From: an uncultured SAR86 cluster bacterium
Lineage (GTDB): Bacteria > Pseudomonadota > Gammaproteobacteria > Magnimaribacterales > AG-339-G14
Assembly (NCBI GenBank): GCA_902561325.1
Contig: CACEOL010000001.1
Location: forward strand, 156,209-220,208
Direction of reading: 5' to 3'
DNA length: 64,000 nt
Below the pieces are notes generated by a model. It saw nothing but the letters and a program-made list of their open reading frames with translations, searched no databases and was not told the DNA's origin. Both the position numbers and the translations under genes were made by a program. Positions 19,684 to 30,418 of this stretch are shown piece after piece (position 1 is the first letter of the stretch; each line of letters opens with the position of its first letter).

Positions 19684-20133
19684 ATGTCTAAAGATCTTAA
19701 AAGCTTGATTAAAACTCAAGTCACAATTTCTATGAAAGATGGTGACAAGTTTAGAACTACTGTTTTAAGAATGATTCTTGCGGAAATTCAAAAAATTGAA
19801 ATTGAAGAAAAGTCAGATCTTGATGAACTTCAAATTACCTCAATTCTTGAAAAGATGATTAAACAAAGAAATGATGCAATCGTACAATTTGAACAAGCGA
19901 AAAGGCAAGAATTGGCTGATAAAGAAAAACAAGAAATAGAAATAATTAAGGAATTTTTACCTGAACAAATGTCAGAAGAAGAGGTTTCTGAGTTAGTTTC
20001 TAAAATTATCTCTGAGGTTGGTGCTCAGGATATGAAAGATATGGGCAGAGTAATGGGGTCTCTAAAACCTTTGATTGCCGGTAAAGCAGATGCTGGTGTT
20101 GTTAGCCAATTAGTAAAAAAAGCTTTAAGTTAA
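19684..20133 (+). CDS. GatB/YqeY domain protein
   Basis: 149 aa. The standard rpsU-downstream gene. Contains the stretch TVLRMILAEIQK...KQRNDAI. Confidence 0.85.
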   Translation: MSKDLKSLIKTQVTISMKDGDKFRTTVLRMILAEIQKIEIEEKSDLDELQITSILEKMIKQRNDAIVQFEQAKRQELADKEKQEIEIIKEFLPEQMSEEEVSELVSKIISEVGAQDMKDMGRVMGSLKPLIAGKADAGVVSQLVKKALS

Positions 20134-20718
20134 TTTTTTAACAGTCTCAACTATAGAAATCGTTTGTTGGTCTGCTTCAACGTTTACAAAATCACCTTTT
20201 TTCAGAAAAGATAAATTAGTTTTAGAAATAGTTTCTGGAATTATAGAAATTGTAAAAAAATTATTTGTCACATTAACGACAGTCAGACTAATTCCATTTA
20301 TAGAAACATACCCTTTTTTGAAAATGTATCCTTTCAGATTAGAAGGTATTTTAATCTTCAGAATTCTTTCTTTTTTGTTCTCAAAACTTATTATTTCAGC
20401 AATGTTATGAACATGACCAGAGACAAAATGCCCTCCTACTTCATCACCAATCTTCAATGATCTTTCTAAGTTAAATGGTATGGAAGAAAATTTCTCTGAG
20501 ATGTTGGTTAATTTAATAGATTCGTGCACAACATCAAATTCAATCAAGTCTTTTTTGAAATCAACTACTGTTAAACAAACACCATTGACTGCAACGCTGT
20601 CTCCCTTCTTTAATTTTTTTGTGAAATTAGCAGGAACCGTTACGGATAACTTATACCCGTAATCCTTTTCTTTAAATTTTACCTTCTTTGATACAGCCTG
20701 AACTATTCCACTAAACAT
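20125..20718 (-). CDS. ribE: Riboflavin synthase (alpha chain)
   Basis: 197 aa. Has MFSGIVQ and a duplicated lumazine-binding repeat (GDSVAVNGVCLTVV / GYVSINGISLTVV). Confidence 0.9.
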   Translation of the reverse strand: MFSGIVQAVSKKVKFKEKDYGYKLSVTVPANFTKKLKKGDSVAVNGVCLTVVDFKKDLIEFDVVHESIKLTNISEKFSSIPFNLERSLKIGDEVGGHFVSGHVHNIAEIISFENKKERILKIKIPSNLKGYIFKKGYVSINGISLTVVNVTNNFFTISIIPETISKTNLSFLKKGDFVNVEADQQTISIVETVKKLT

Positions 20719-20720
20719 TT

Positions 20721-21275
20721 TTATTTTTTAAGTTCCGAAATTTTTGCTATTGAATGTATTTCAATGCCTTGCTCAGCATAAAACTCTTGAAAAGTTTTCT
20801 CCGAATCATAAGGTTCTTCCCTGTCTAAAGCTACTAATGCTCCCACAAAAGTCCCTCTGTTGTTTTCGATAATTTCTATTGAGTTCTTTATAGCAGTTCC
20901 AGCGGTTAAAACATCATCAATCAATAAAGCTTTCTTTCCTTCCAAATTTCCCATAATAATTCCTCCTTCGCCATGATTTTTCTCTTCCTTTCGGTCAAAA
21001 GCTAAAGGGATATTTTTTTTTGTTACTTCAAAATATTTTGTTGCGACAACTGACGCCAAGGGAATGCCTTTATATGCGGGACCAAAAAATAAATCAAAAT
21101 CTATCTTCAAATCTAATATTTTAGATACATAGCAATCAGCTAAAAAAGAAAGTGATTCAGAATCAAAAAAAGCAGCGATATTAAAAAAATAATTGCTTTC
21201 CATACCAGATTTCAGTTTAAAACTTCCAAACTTTAGTGCTTCTAATTCAATGGCTTTATCTAAAAAATCTTGCAT
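20721..21275 (-). CDS. pyrE: Orotate phosphoribosyltransferase
   Basis: Has ALKFGSFKLKSG and ALLIDDVLTAGTA (PRPP motif). I place the start at the internal Met (MQDFLDKAIE). The track start at 21305 would touch the gmk start codon. Confidence 0.88.
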   Translation of the reverse strand: MQDFLDKAIELEALKFGSFKLKSGMESNYFFNIAAFFDSESLSFLADCYVSKILDLKIDFDLFFGPAYKGIPLASVVATKYFEVTKKNIPLAFDRKEEKNHGEGGIIMGNLEGKKALLIDDVLTAGTAIKNSIEIIENNRGTFVGALVALDREEPYDSEKTFQEFYAEQGIEIHSIAKISELKK

Positions 21276-21304
21276 ATTGGTTTCAACGTTTCCATACTTT
21301 ATCA

Positions 21305-21928
21305 ATGCCTGAAAATCTCCACAAACTTTTTGTTATTTCCAGTCCTTCGGGAGGTGGCAAAACGTCTTTAATAAATAAGCTTTTTGAAGATTCAAGATCT
21401 GCAAACTTTGAAAAAAGTATTTCAGATACATCGAGACAAAAACGTGAAGGAGATTTAGAAGGTAAGGATTATTATTTTTTATCTGAAAAAGATTTCAAAG
21501 ATAAAATTAAAAAAGAAGAATATGTTGAATACGCAATTGTCTTTGGGAATTTCTATGGTACCTCAAAGCAAGAAATAAAAACAAAATACAATAACTCAAA
21601 CCTAATTTTAGAATTGGATTGGCAAGGCGCTTATGCTGTTAAAGAACTTTTTGATGATGCTAGGCTTATTTTTTTAGTCCCTCCATCTTTAGATGATTTG
21701 AAACAAAGACTGATTAAAAGAAATCTAGATACATCTGAATCAATAGAAAACAGACTGTCTGAAGCAAAAAAAGAAATCAGTAAGTCTGAAATCTATGATT
21801 TTTTAGTCTTAAATGATGATTTTGATAAAGCCTTTGAAGATCTTTCACAAATTCTTTTTGAAGGTGTTTCGCCCATGGATTTTAATTCAAGAGCATCTAA
21901 AGGCTTGATTAAAAGATTAGTAGAATAA
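21305..21928 (+). CDS. gmk: Guanylate kinase
   Basis: Has ISSPSGGGKTSL (P-loop). The start is moved to ATG 21305 (MPENLHKLFV). The 23 upstream codons in the track ORF overlap pyrE and look non-coding. Confidence 0.9.
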   Translation: MPENLHKLFVISSPSGGGKTSLINKLFEDSRSANFEKSISDTSRQKREGDLEGKDYYFLSEKDFKDKIKKEEYVEYAIVFGNFYGTSKQEIKTKYNNSNLILELDWQGAYAVKELFDDARLIFLVPPSLDDLKQRLIKRNLDTSESIENRLSEAKKEISKSEIYDFLVLNDDFDKAFEDLSQILFEGVSPMDFNSRASKGLIKRLVE

Positions 21929-21972
21929 TCAATAAAAATTAAGTAGAATCCACTTCCTCAAGAGGTTAATGC

Positions 21973-22242
21973 ATGGCTAGAATTACTGTCGAAGATTGTT
22001 TAAAAAAAATCCCAAATAGATATGAAATGGTGAAACTTGCTGCAAAGCGAGTTAAGCAACTAGCTATAGACGGAAGAGAACCAACCATTGACCCAGAAGA
22101 CGATAAGCCTACAGTAATTGCTCTTCGAGAAATTGCTGCTGGAACTGTAACTCTAGAAAACATAGACAGCTTCAACTTTGATGCTTTTGAAGAGGAACTC
22201 TCTGATCAATTAACATCAGACGACGAAGAAGGCATAGAATAA
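21973..22242 (+). CDS. rpoZ: DNA-directed RNA polymerase subunit omega
   Basis: 89 aa. Has [21 protein letters not shown]. Part of the gmk-rpoZ-spoT order. Confidence 0.95.
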   Translation: MARITVEDCLKKIPNRYEMVKLAAKRVKQLAIDGREPTIDPEDDKPTVIALREIAAGTVTLENIDSFNFDAFEEELSDQLTSDDEEGIE

Positions 22243-22263
22243 CTTTTTTTTGGTAAACTCTCT

Positions 22264-24447
22264 TTGCTAATGGCAACTGAGACAAAAAACCTTAATAAAC
22301 TCACCAAAAACCTTGGAAAATATCTTGATCAAGATCAACTTGAACAAGTAAAAAAGGCTTATTTTTTTGCCGCAAATGCTCATTCAGGTCAGTTTCGAGT
22401 GAGTGGAGACCCTTATGTTTCCCACCCTCTTGCTGTTGCAGAAATACTTGGAAAATTAAAGATGGATCAAGACTGCCTGTCTGCTGCAATGCTTCATGAT
22501 GTTATTGAAGATTCAGGTATTCCAAAGACTTTTCTAAAGAAGGAATTTAACAAAGAAGTTGCTAACTTAGTTGATGGTGTTAGCAAGCTCGATAAAGTTG
22601 AATTAACATCAAAAAAAGACTTGCAAGCTGAAAGCTTTCAAAAAATGGTTCTTGCAATGTCGGAAGATATAAGAGTAATTGTTGTAAAGCTTGCAGATAG
22701 ATTGCACAACATGAGAACAATAAAATTCCTTAATAAAGAAAAAAAATTAAGAATAGCTAGTGAAACCATTGAAATTTACGCACCAATCGCTCATAGACTT
22801 GGAATGCATCAAATTTACAGGGAGCTTGAGGACTTGGCCTTTGAAATTCTATACCCGTTAAGGTTCAGGGTAATTGAGGAGGCTGTAAAGAGAAATACCA
22901 GAGGAAGAAAAAAGATTCTAAAGAAAGTTGAAACTTCCATAAGTCAAAAATTGAAAGAACAAGACTTGGATTGTGCTATTTCAAGTAGAAGAAAGCATTA
23001 TTATGGTATTTATAAAAAAATGAAAAGACAGTCCAAAACCTTGAAAGAAGTTTTGGATGTTTATGCTCTGAAAATCACCACATCAAATGCTATGGACTGT
23101 TATAAGGCACTGGGTGTAATACATAATGCCTTTAATCCCATCGAAGGAAGATTCAAAGACTATATAGCCATACCAAAATCTAATTCTTATCAATCAATTC
23201 ATACGGGAATCATGACTTTTGAAGGACTGCCAGTAGAAATACAGATAAGAACAAGTGAAATGGACGAATTAGCCGAGTTTGGAATAGCGGCACATTGGGT
23301 TTATAAATCTGGAGAAAAGGATAACCCAGTTCAAGCCAGAGCAAGAAGGTGGGTTAATGGCTTGATGGAAATTAATGCTCGATCAGAAGATGCTTCAGAT
23401 TTTGTCGAAGTAATCAAAACAGGATTAGTATCCAATGAAGTGTACGTTTTTACTCCTCAGGGAGATATCATCGATTTACCTAAGGATTCAACACCAATAG
23501 ATTTTGCCTTCGCTTTGCATTCAGATATTGGGCTGCATTGCAGCGGTTGTAGAATCAATAAAAACCTTGCTCCTTTAAGTGTTCCTTTAGAAAGTGGTCA
23601 GACAGTAGAAATTATTACGGATAAAGTTCCGCAAACAAATCCAAGCTGGCTGGATTTCATAAGAACATCTAGAGCAAGATCAGCTATTCGTCATAATTTA
23701 AAGAATCTGAAAGAGTCAGAATCAAGAAAATTTGGAAAACGACTTTTAGAACAATCTTTATTTCCTCATCAAACAAAATTAAGAGATGTTCCAAAAAATA
23801 AAATGAAAAAGCTTCTCACCTCTTTGAACTATAAAAGCGTAAGAGAGCTTCTTGAAAGCATTGGCTCAGGAAAAAGATCTAGTCTGGTTGTTGCACATCA
23901 AATCATGCAATTTCTCGATGAGAAAGAAAATGAAGAAATTCAATTCTCTAACTTACAAATAACGGGTGCTGAAGGTTTGGTAGTAACTTATTCAAGTTGC
24001 TGTCGCCCTATTCCTGGAGACCACATAATTGCACACTTTTCAACAAGCAGAGGAATTGTTATTCACCAAGAAAGATGTAAAAACATCTTACCGATTCGTC
24101 ATGATCCTGCTTTGTGTTCACCCGTACAGTGGGAAGATACTCTGTCAGGAGACTTTTCAGTAGAAATAAAAATTGTTGCAGAGGATAAAGCTGGAATACT
24201 TGCAGAAGTTTCAGCAGTAATTGCAGAGTACTCAACTAACATTGAAAGTATAAAAAGCGATCCTCCTGCTGGAAACAAGGTGGATCTCTATATTCTGCTT
24301 GCAGTAACGGATAGAGATCATTTGGCAAAAATATTAAGAAGATTGCGTCGAAAAGACTTTGTCATATCAGCCACAAGAATACATAGCTGGGAGCAAAGAA
24401 ATGCTACCCTTCCAATTATTGAAGAGGAAATAAGTGAAGATAATTGA
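22264..24447 (+). CDS. spoT: Bifunctional (p)ppGpp synthetase/hydrolase
   Basis: 727 aa. HD hydrolase motifs (HPLAVAEIL, MLHDVIEDS), synthetase domain (EIQIRTSEMD), TGS domain and C-terminal ACT-like domain. The start is either TTG at 22264 or ATG at 22270. Confidence 0.9.
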   Translation: MLMATETKNLNKLTKNLGKYLDQDQLEQVKKAYFFAANAHSGQFRVSGDPYVSHPLAVAEILGKLKMDQDCLSAAMLHDVIEDSGIPKTFLKKEFNKEVANLVDGVSKLDKVELTSKKDLQAESFQKMVLAMSEDIRVIVVKLADRLHNMRTIKFLNKEKKLRIASETIEIYAPIAHRLGMHQIYRELEDLAFEILYPLRFRVIEEAVKRNTRGRKKILKKVETSISQKLKEQDLDCAISSRRKHYYGIYKKMKRQSKTLKEVLDVYALKITTSNAMDCYKALGVIHNAFNPIEGRFKDYIAIPKSNSYQSIHTGIMTFEGLPVEIQIRTSEMDELAEFGIAAHWVYKSGEKDNPVQARARRWVNGLMEINARSEDASDFVEVIKTGLVSNEVYVFTPQGDIIDLPKDSTPIDFAFALHSDIGLHCSGCRINKNLAPLSVPLESGQTVEIITDKVPQTNPSWLDFIRTSRARSAIRHNLKNLKESESRKFGKRLLEQSLFPHQTKLRDVPKNKMKKLLTSLNYKSVRELLESIGSGKRSSLVVAHQIMQFLDEKENEEIQFSNLQITGAEGLVVTYSSCCRPIPGDHIIAHFSTSRGIVIHQERCKNILPIRHDPALCSPVQWEDTLSGDFSVEIKIVAEDKAGILAEVSAVIAEYSTNIESIKSDPPAGNKVDLYILLAVTDRDHLAKILRRLRRKDFVISATRIHSWEQRNATLPIIEEEISEDN

Positions 24448-24808
24448 AACGGATAATGCTCCAAAGGCTATTGGGACCTACTCCCAAGGAGTGAAGGTTA
24501 ATGGTTTTTTATTTATTTCTGGTCAGATACCCTTAAACCCTTCAACAATGGAATTAGTTGAAGGAATTGAAAATCAAATCAATCAAGTTTTTGAAAATAT
24601 CAATCAAATTTTAATAGCCGATGGTATGGATTTTTCAAATGTAGTTAAACTTTCTGTATTACTTGATGACTTAAGTCACTTTGAGAAAGTAAATGAAATA
24701 ATGGCTGACATATTTTCAAAGCCTTATCCAGCAAGAGCTGCTTATGAAGTATCAAAATTACCAAAGGGAAGTTCAGTAGAAATCGAAACCATTGCTTTTA
24801 AAGAGTGA
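24434..24808 (+). CDS. ridA: RidA/YjgF-family reactive enamine/imine deaminase
   Basis: 124 aa. Has APKAIGTYSQG, PARAAYEV..LPKG and VEIE. GTG start inside the spoT 3' end. Confidence 0.9.
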   Translation: MKIIETDNAPKAIGTYSQGVKVNGFLFISGQIPLNPSTMELVEGIENQINQVFENINQILIADGMDFSNVVKLSVLLDDLSHFEKVNEIMADIFSKPYPARAAYEVSKLPKGSSVEIETIAFKE

Positions 24809-26898
24809 AAGGCAAATCGCTTCAAAAAAACATCTCAGAAATAAAAGGAGTTGGTCCCAAAGTTAAAGAAGAGCTCAATAAAATTGGTATTAACCATATC
24901 CAAGATGCTCTATTTTTATTGCCCAAGAAATACGAAAATAGAACAAAATTAACTTCCATAAAAGATTTAACTCCAGGAGAAGCATTTCAATTTGAAGGTG
25001 AAATTCTTGAAAGCAAAACCATATTTCCAGGCAGAAGGTCTTTTATGGCAAGAATATCTGACGGCACAGGATTTTTACAAGTTAGGTTATTCTATTTTTC
25101 ATTTGCTCAAGCCAAAGCTTTTAAAGTTGGTCTGCATGTTAGAGGCTATGGCGTTATTAGGACCAATGGTTCTTTGCTTCAAGTGTTTCATCCAAGCTAT
25201 AAAATCTTTGCATCATCCAAACGTCCTGTTTTAGATAACACCCTAACGCCAATTTATTCTCTTGGCTCCACAAAACTGACGCAATTTAGAGTAAGAAACA
25301 TAATTAAAGAATGTTTAAAAGAAATTGAGGAACTAAATCTAAACGAAAAAGAAATTGATTCAATATTCGTACAACAAAAAATAAGTTCTTTATCTGTTAA
25401 AGATGCCTTACTGAAAATTCATAGTCCTTCTGTTGAAGATGACATTATTAAAATTAATAGTTACAAGCATGAGGCACAAGAACGTTTAATAGTAGAAGAA
25501 TTAGCAACGAATCTAATAGGAGTCAAAATCGCCTCCGAGAAAATAAACATGCTCAAGGCAAAACAAATGCCGATTTCTACAAATGAAGTAAAGTTATTTA
25601 AAGAAAATTTACCTTTCAAATTAACCAATGCTCAAGAAAGGACAATCAAAGAAATTTCTGACGATATATCTCTTGCCAAGCCTATGAGGAGATTGGTTCA
25701 AGGTGATGTTGGATCAGGAAAAACAGTGGTAGCTGCCGTGAGCATGTACATCTCTGCAAAAAATAATACTCAATCTGTTCTGCTTTGTCCCACAGAGGTT
25801 TTAGCCGAACAACATTTCAAAAACTATTCAGGATGGTTTAAAAACTCAAATATAAAAATTGAATTATTAACTGGGAAAATGCCTGTTTCGAAAAGAAGAG
25901 GAATCTATCAGGACTTAGAAGATGGCGAAATTGATATTTTGATTGGCACGCATGCAGTCTTTCAAAATAAAGTGAAAATGAAAAATCTAGGTCTCGTTGT
26001 AGTTGATGAACAACAAAGGTTTGGGGTTAAGCAAAGATTTGATTTAGTAAAGAAAAGTTCTAATCAAATAATGCCCCATCAATTATTCATGACCGCAACA
26101 CCCATACCAAGAACCTTGGCAATGACGATTTTTGCTGATCTGGAAACTTCGAAAATTGATGAATTACCGCCAGGTAGAAAACCAGTAGAAACCTTGGTTT
26201 ACAGCGATAAGAAGAAAGACGAAATAGTAAAAAGATTGGAGACTGTATGTAAATCCGGTAATCAAGTTTTTTGGCTTTGTACTATGATTGAAGAATCTGA
26301 AAATCTAGATGTTCAAGCTGCAGATGAAGCCAAAGAATGGATTAAAGAAAATACGAATGGTTTGAATATTGGCCTTGTGCATAGCAAACTTTCAAAAGAT
26401 GAAAGAGATAAGGCAATAGAGAATTTCAGAAGTGGCAAAACCGATGTACTAGTCTGTACGACTGTTATTGAAGTTGGTATGGATGTTCCTAATGCTAGTT
26501 TGATGGTTATTGAAAATGCCGAAAGACTGGGTTTGAGTCAATTACACCAATTAAGAGGAAGAGTCGGGAGGAAGGCAGATTTAGATGCTTATTGCGTTTT
26601 AATTTATCACGGAGAGATTGGTGAAATTGCTAAGGCTAGACTCGAAGCAATGAAATCGACCAGTGATGGATTTGAAATCTCAGAAATTGATATGAAGTTA
26701 AGAGGTACCGGAGAAATTTTAGGCACCAAACAATCTGGAGGAATAGAACTTAAAATCTCAGATTTATCTAGAGATGCTCATTTAATTAAAAAAGCAGAAA
26801 AACTGGTAGAAGGTTTAAATCAAAAAGACGAGGAAATATCTAAAATTCTTCTAGATAGGTGGCTAGGCGATAAACAAAATTTGATTATCGCCCAGTAA
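24805..26898 (+). CDS. recG: ATP-dependent DNA helicase RecG
   Basis: 697 aa. Has [17 protein letters not shown] and [12 protein letters not shown] overlap with ridA. Confidence 0.95.
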   Translation: MKGKSLQKNISEIKGVGPKVKEELNKIGINHIQDALFLLPKKYENRTKLTSIKDLTPGEAFQFEGEILESKTIFPGRRSFMARISDGTGFLQVRLFYFSFAQAKAFKVGLHVRGYGVIRTNGSLLQVFHPSYKIFASSKRPVLDNTLTPIYSLGSTKLTQFRVRNIIKECLKEIEELNLNEKEIDSIFVQQKISSLSVKDALLKIHSPSVEDDIIKINSYKHEAQERLIVEELATNLIGVKIASEKINMLKAKQMPISTNEVKLFKENLPFKLTNAQERTIKEISDDISLAKPMRRLVQGDVGSGKTVVAAVSMYISAKNNTQSVLLCPTEVLAEQHFKNYSGWFKNSNIKIELLTGKMPVSKRRGIYQDLEDGEIDILIGTHAVFQNKVKMKNLGLVVVDEQQRFGVKQRFDLVKKSSNQIMPHQLFMTATPIPRTLAMTIFADLETSKIDELPPGRKPVETLVYSDKKKDEIVKRLETVCKSGNQVFWLCTMIEESENLDVQAADEAKEWIKENTNGLNIGLVHSKLSKDERDKAIENFRSGKTDVLVCTTVIEVGMDVPNASLMVIENAERLGLSQLHQLRGRVGRKADLDAYCVLIYHGEIGEIAKARLEAMKSTSDGFEISEIDMKLRGTGEILGTKQSGGIELKISDLSRDAHLIKKAEKLVEGLNQKDEEISKILLDRWLGDKQNLIIAQ

Positions 26899-26905
26899 GA
26901 AATAT

Positions 26906-28888
26906 TTATAGCAATGGGGAAATAACTAGACTCACTATTGCCATTACATTAATAAGAATATTCATTGAAGGTCCTGAAGTATCTTTAAACGGATCTCCTA
27001 CAGTATCTCCAACGACGGCCGCCGAATGAGTATCAGTACCCTTCCCTCCAAGGTTTCCTTTTTCAATATATTTTTTAGCATTATCCCAAGCTCCACCTGC
27101 ATTAGCCATCATCAAAGCCATCGCAACACATCCAATTAGTCCACCGCCAAGCATTCCGCCCAAAGATTCTGCACCTAAACCAAAACCCACTACAGCAGGA
27201 GCACCTACAGCGATAACGCCTGGAATGAGCATTCTTTTCAAAGCTGCTGAAGTCGCAATGTCTACGCATTTAGCAGTATCTGGTTCTGCATTTCCTTCTA
27301 GTAATCCTGGAATTTCCCTGAACTGTCTTCTTATTTCATTGATCATCTCAAAGGCAGCGTCTCCAACTGCAGTCATTGTGATTGAAGAAATTAAGAAAGG
27401 AATTGAGATACCGATGAACATTCCCACTAAAACGCGAGGATCTGAAAGAAGCAGTTCAAACTCTCCTTTATTATGAGCAACCGTTTCTACGAAGGCTGCG
27501 ATAATAGCCAAAGCTGCTAAGGCAGCTGCACCAATTGCAAAGCCTTTTCCTATGGCTGCAGTTGAATTTCCGACTTCGTCCAAACCATCCGTAATTTCTC
27601 TAGTTTCTGGACCCATACCAGCCATTTCAGCTATACCGCCAGCATTATCTGCAACAGGTCCATAGGCATCTATAGCCATGGTTATACCAACTGTAGCTAG
27701 CATTCCTACGGCAGCTATTCCAACTCCGTATAGACCAGTCAAACTTGTTGATATCCAAATTATTGTTGCAAGCACGAGGATTGGAAGAACCACAGATTGC
27801 ATGCCAACAGCTAATCCAGTAATCATTACAGTTGCAGGGCCAGTCTCTCCCGATTTTGCAATCTGCCTAATTGGACTACTTCCAGTGTAATACTCTGTAA
27901 TTAATCCTATGAGGACTCCTCCGACTGCTCCGGTAAGAACAGCAAGCCAAATGTTAACAAATCCTTCTCCAATAAATAATTGAATAAGAAAATAAGCAGC
28001 TAAGATAAATAAAACAGCCGATCCTATGGTCCCGGTTCTTAAAGCAGCATCAGGAGACATTGAAGAAAATGCTTTGACAATAATTATTCCCAGAACTGAA
28101 GCTATCAGCCCAATAGAAGCAAGCGCAAGAGGTAAAAGCATCATTCCAGAATCGTCCAAAGTTGATGCAATAGCAATTGAAGCAATCATCGCTCCGCAAT
28201 AAGATTCAAAAATATCAGAACCCATTCCAGCAACATCGCCAACATTGTCTCCAACGTTGTCAGCAATTACACCAGGATTTCTTGGATCGTCTTCAGGAAT
28301 TCCTGCTTCAACCTTACCAACTAAATCGGCACCAACATCCGCACTTTTGGTATAAATTCCACCACCTACTCTTGAGAATAACGCTACACAGGATGCTCCC
28401 ATTCCAAATCCTTCAATCGCTCTTGCAGTAGCTGGGTCACCTCCAAAATAAAAATACAATCCTCCTAAGCCTACAAGCCCTAGAGAAGCTACACACAAAC
28501 CCATAATCGATCCACCATAAAAGGCAATTGAAAGAGCTACTTTTGAGCCTTTTTCAGCTGCAGCGGTGGCTGTTCTGGAGTTTGCCTTGGTTGCAGAAAA
28601 CATACCAAGCCAACCTGCTAAAGAGGAAGAAAGAGCTCCTGCTGTAACTGCAAGCGCAGTATTAAAACCAAGGGCAAAATAAGATAAAGCGATTAAAACT
28701 AAAACAAAGAAAAATAAGTATGTATATTCTCGGCGCATAAAGACCATTGCCCCTAAATGTATTTGGTCAGCAATTTTTTTTACTTTTTCAGAACCTTCGT
28801 CATAACTGACAACAATAAAATAAATAACTAATGCAATTAACAAACCGAAAAGGCCGAAAATTGGCGGCATAGAAATATAAGTTTCCAT
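26906..28888 (-). CDS. hppA: Membrane-bound ion-translocating pyrophosphatase (K+-dependent-type signature)
   Basis: 660 aa. Has [19 protein letters not shown] (Ala rather than Lys at the K+-dependence position) and [16 protein letters not shown]. Confidence 0.95.
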   Translation of the reverse strand: METYISMPPIFGLFGLLIALVIYFIVVSYDEGSEKVKKIADQIHLGAMVFMRREYTYLFFFVLVLIALSYFALGFNTALAVTAGALSSSLAGWLGMFSATKANSRTATAAAEKGSKVALSIAFYGGSIMGLCVASLGLVGLGGLYFYFGGDPATARAIEGFGMGASCVALFSRVGGGIYTKSADVGADLVGKVEAGIPEDDPRNPGVIADNVGDNVGDVAGMGSDIFESYCGAMIASIAIASTLDDSGMMLLPLALASIGLIASVLGIIIVKAFSSMSPDAALRTGTIGSAVLFILAAYFLIQLFIGEGFVNIWLAVLTGAVGGVLIGLITEYYTGSSPIRQIAKSGETGPATVMITGLAVGMQSVVLPILVLATIIWISTSLTGLYGVGIAAVGMLATVGITMAIDAYGPVADNAGGIAEMAGMGPETREITDGLDEVGNSTAAIGKGFAIGAAALAALAIIAAFVETVAHNKGEFELLLSDPRVLVGMFIGISIPFLISSITMTAVGDAAFEMINEIRRQFREIPGLLEGNAEPDTAKCVDIATSAALKRMLIPGVIAVGAPAVVGFGLGAESLGGMLGGGLIGCVAMALMMANAGGAWDNAKKYIEKGNLGGKGTDTHSAAVVGDTVGDPFKDTSGPSMNILINVMAIVSLVISPLL

Positions 28889-28941
28889 AAGTGACTCTCC
28901 CGAGAATAAAAACGCTAATTTACCAGATTAGTAACTTTTTT

Positions 28942-30177
28942 TTAACTAATAAAATCTTTTCTTGAAAGCTGATTTTCTGAATTTGCAACAATGCAAGAGA
29001 TCGTCGCATCTCCTGATACGTTTACCGCTGTTCTTAACATATCTAATAATCTATCAACGCCAATGATTAAAGCGATTCCCTCAACTGGCAATCCTACTTG
29101 TTGAAGAACCATAGCTAACATGATGAGTCCTACTCCTGGAACTCCGGCAGTTCCGATTGAGGCTAAAGTTGCTGTGATAATAACCATTAAATATTCAATC
29201 ATACTCAAATCAACTTGGTATACCTGAGCAATGAATACAGTGGCTACACCCTGCATGATTGCAGTGCCATCCATGTTTATGGTTGTTCCCAAAGGAATGC
29301 AAAAAGAACTTACAGATTTATCAACGCCTAGCTTTTCTTCTACAGTTTTCAAAGTTACCGGCATGGTTGCACTGCTTGAAGAAGTGCTGAAAGCAAAAAT
29401 GATAGCTTCTCTCATCTTTGTAAAGAAAATAAAAGGATTAATTTTTGCTAAAGAAGTTAGTAACAAGCTATAAGTAAATACAGCATGAAATATTAAAACT
29501 CCTACAACGATTAGAAAATAATTAATCAAGGTGAAGATAATTGATATTCCCAAAGAAGAGAATGTTGAAAATATCAAACAGAATACTCCAACTGGGGAAA
29601 GCCAAATTACAAAATTAACAATGTTTAAGATGATCTCATTTAAATCTTTGAAGAATGATCTTACTTTAGAGGTCTCGTTTGAAATTTTGTTTACACCATA
29701 CCCAAATAACATAGCAAATATAATGATCTGAATCATATTACCCGCTGCCATAGCTTCAATTGGATTGCTGGGAAATAAATTTACAAAAGTATCTTTTAGA
29801 GATGGAATAGCATCTTGTTCAAAAGACGAATTACTTACCATGCTGACTCCATTTGCCATTTCAAAGAAAGAACTCACAAATAAAGCACTAATAATTGCCA
29901 ATGCAGTAGTGAATAAATAAAGTGCTATTGCTTTAGAGCTGATAGACAGGAGTTGCTTATCAGAAGTTAGGTTAGATACTCCCACAACCAAAGAAACAAA
30001 GACCAATGGAACGACTAGTAATTTAAGAAGAGCAAGAAAAATACTTCCTAGAGCATCAATAAATTCTGAAAAGAAATATAAAAAACTTGGTAAATTATCT
30101 TGAAAGACAGAGTTAAAGATACTTCCTAAAATTATTCCGAGAAGCATCCCTATAAGGATTTTTGCAGTTAAAGACAT
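28942..30177 (-). CDS. Dicarboxylate/amino acid:cation symporter (DAACS family)
   Basis: 411 aa, multi-TM. Has SSSATMPV, IPLGTTINMDGTA and VDRLLDMLRTAVNVSGD. Confidence 0.85.
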   Translation of the reverse strand: MSLTAKILIGMLLGIILGSIFNSVFQDNLPSFLYFFSEFIDALGSIFLALLKLLVVPLVFVSLVVGVSNLTSDKQLLSISSKAIALYLFTTALAIISALFVSSFFEMANGVSMVSNSSFEQDAIPSLKDTFVNLFPSNPIEAMAAGNMIQIIIFAMLFGYGVNKISNETSKVRSFFKDLNEIILNIVNFVIWLSPVGVFCLIFSTFSSLGISIIFTLINYFLIVVGVLIFHAVFTYSLLLTSLAKINPFIFFTKMREAIIFAFSTSSSSATMPVTLKTVEEKLGVDKSVSSFCIPLGTTINMDGTAIMQGVATVFIAQVYQVDLSMIEYLMVIITATLASIGTAGVPGVGLIMLAMVLQQVGLPVEGIALIIGVDRLLDMLRTAVNVSGDATISCIVANSENQLSRKDFIS

Positions 30178-30183
30178 TTGGGA

Positions 30184-30375
30184 TTAATAGCTTTTTCCGC
30201 CCTCCAAAGGAACCATCTCAAAATCTTCTTTTCCAACTCCGCAGTCAGGACAAACCCAATCAAAGGGAACATCTTCCCATTTTGTTCCAGGTTCGATGCC
30301 GTCTTCAGGCCAACCTTCTGCTTCATCGTAAATCAATCCGCAGACAATGCATTCCCACTTAATGTATTCTTCCAT
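30184..30375 (-). CDS. Rubredoxin
   Basis: 63 aa. [12 protein letters not shown]...[13 protein letters not shown] gives two CxxC knuckles. The antisense track ORFs at 30162..30381 are shadows. Confidence 0.9.
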   Translation of the reverse strand: MEEYIKWECIVCGLIYDEAEGWPEDGIEPGTKWEDVPFDWVCPDCGVGKEDFEMVPLEGGKSY

Positions 30376-30418
30376 AATTAAACAAGTTTAATATCTTTAT
30401 GAGGAATGGATTATATTC

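Noticed and set aside
21236-21304. Upstream extension of the gmk ORF, and similarly the 34061..34126 extension of the glnII ORF
   Set aside because: The extensions are hydrophobic or aromatic filler overlapping pyrE or regulatory DNA. The internal ATGs at 21305 and 34127 give N-termini that match the protein families, and 34127 has an ACGGAG RBS.
27225-28431. Several 70-84-aa ORFs antisense to hppA, and similar shadow ORFs inside trpE, rpe, lptD, the TBDR, the DAACS transporter, the P450 and others in the track
   Set aside because: They lie entirely within strongly supported genes on the opposite strand, have low-complexity or biased composition, and have no recognisable motifs. They are typical shadow ORFs.
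26906-28888. Locally higher G+C in hppA, and likewise in the TBDR, NMO and glnII genes, as evidence of horizontal transfer
   Set aside because: These genes encode Ala/Gly/Val-rich membrane or highly conserved proteins, so amino-acid composition explains the shift. Third-codon positions still look A/T-biased like the rest of the window.
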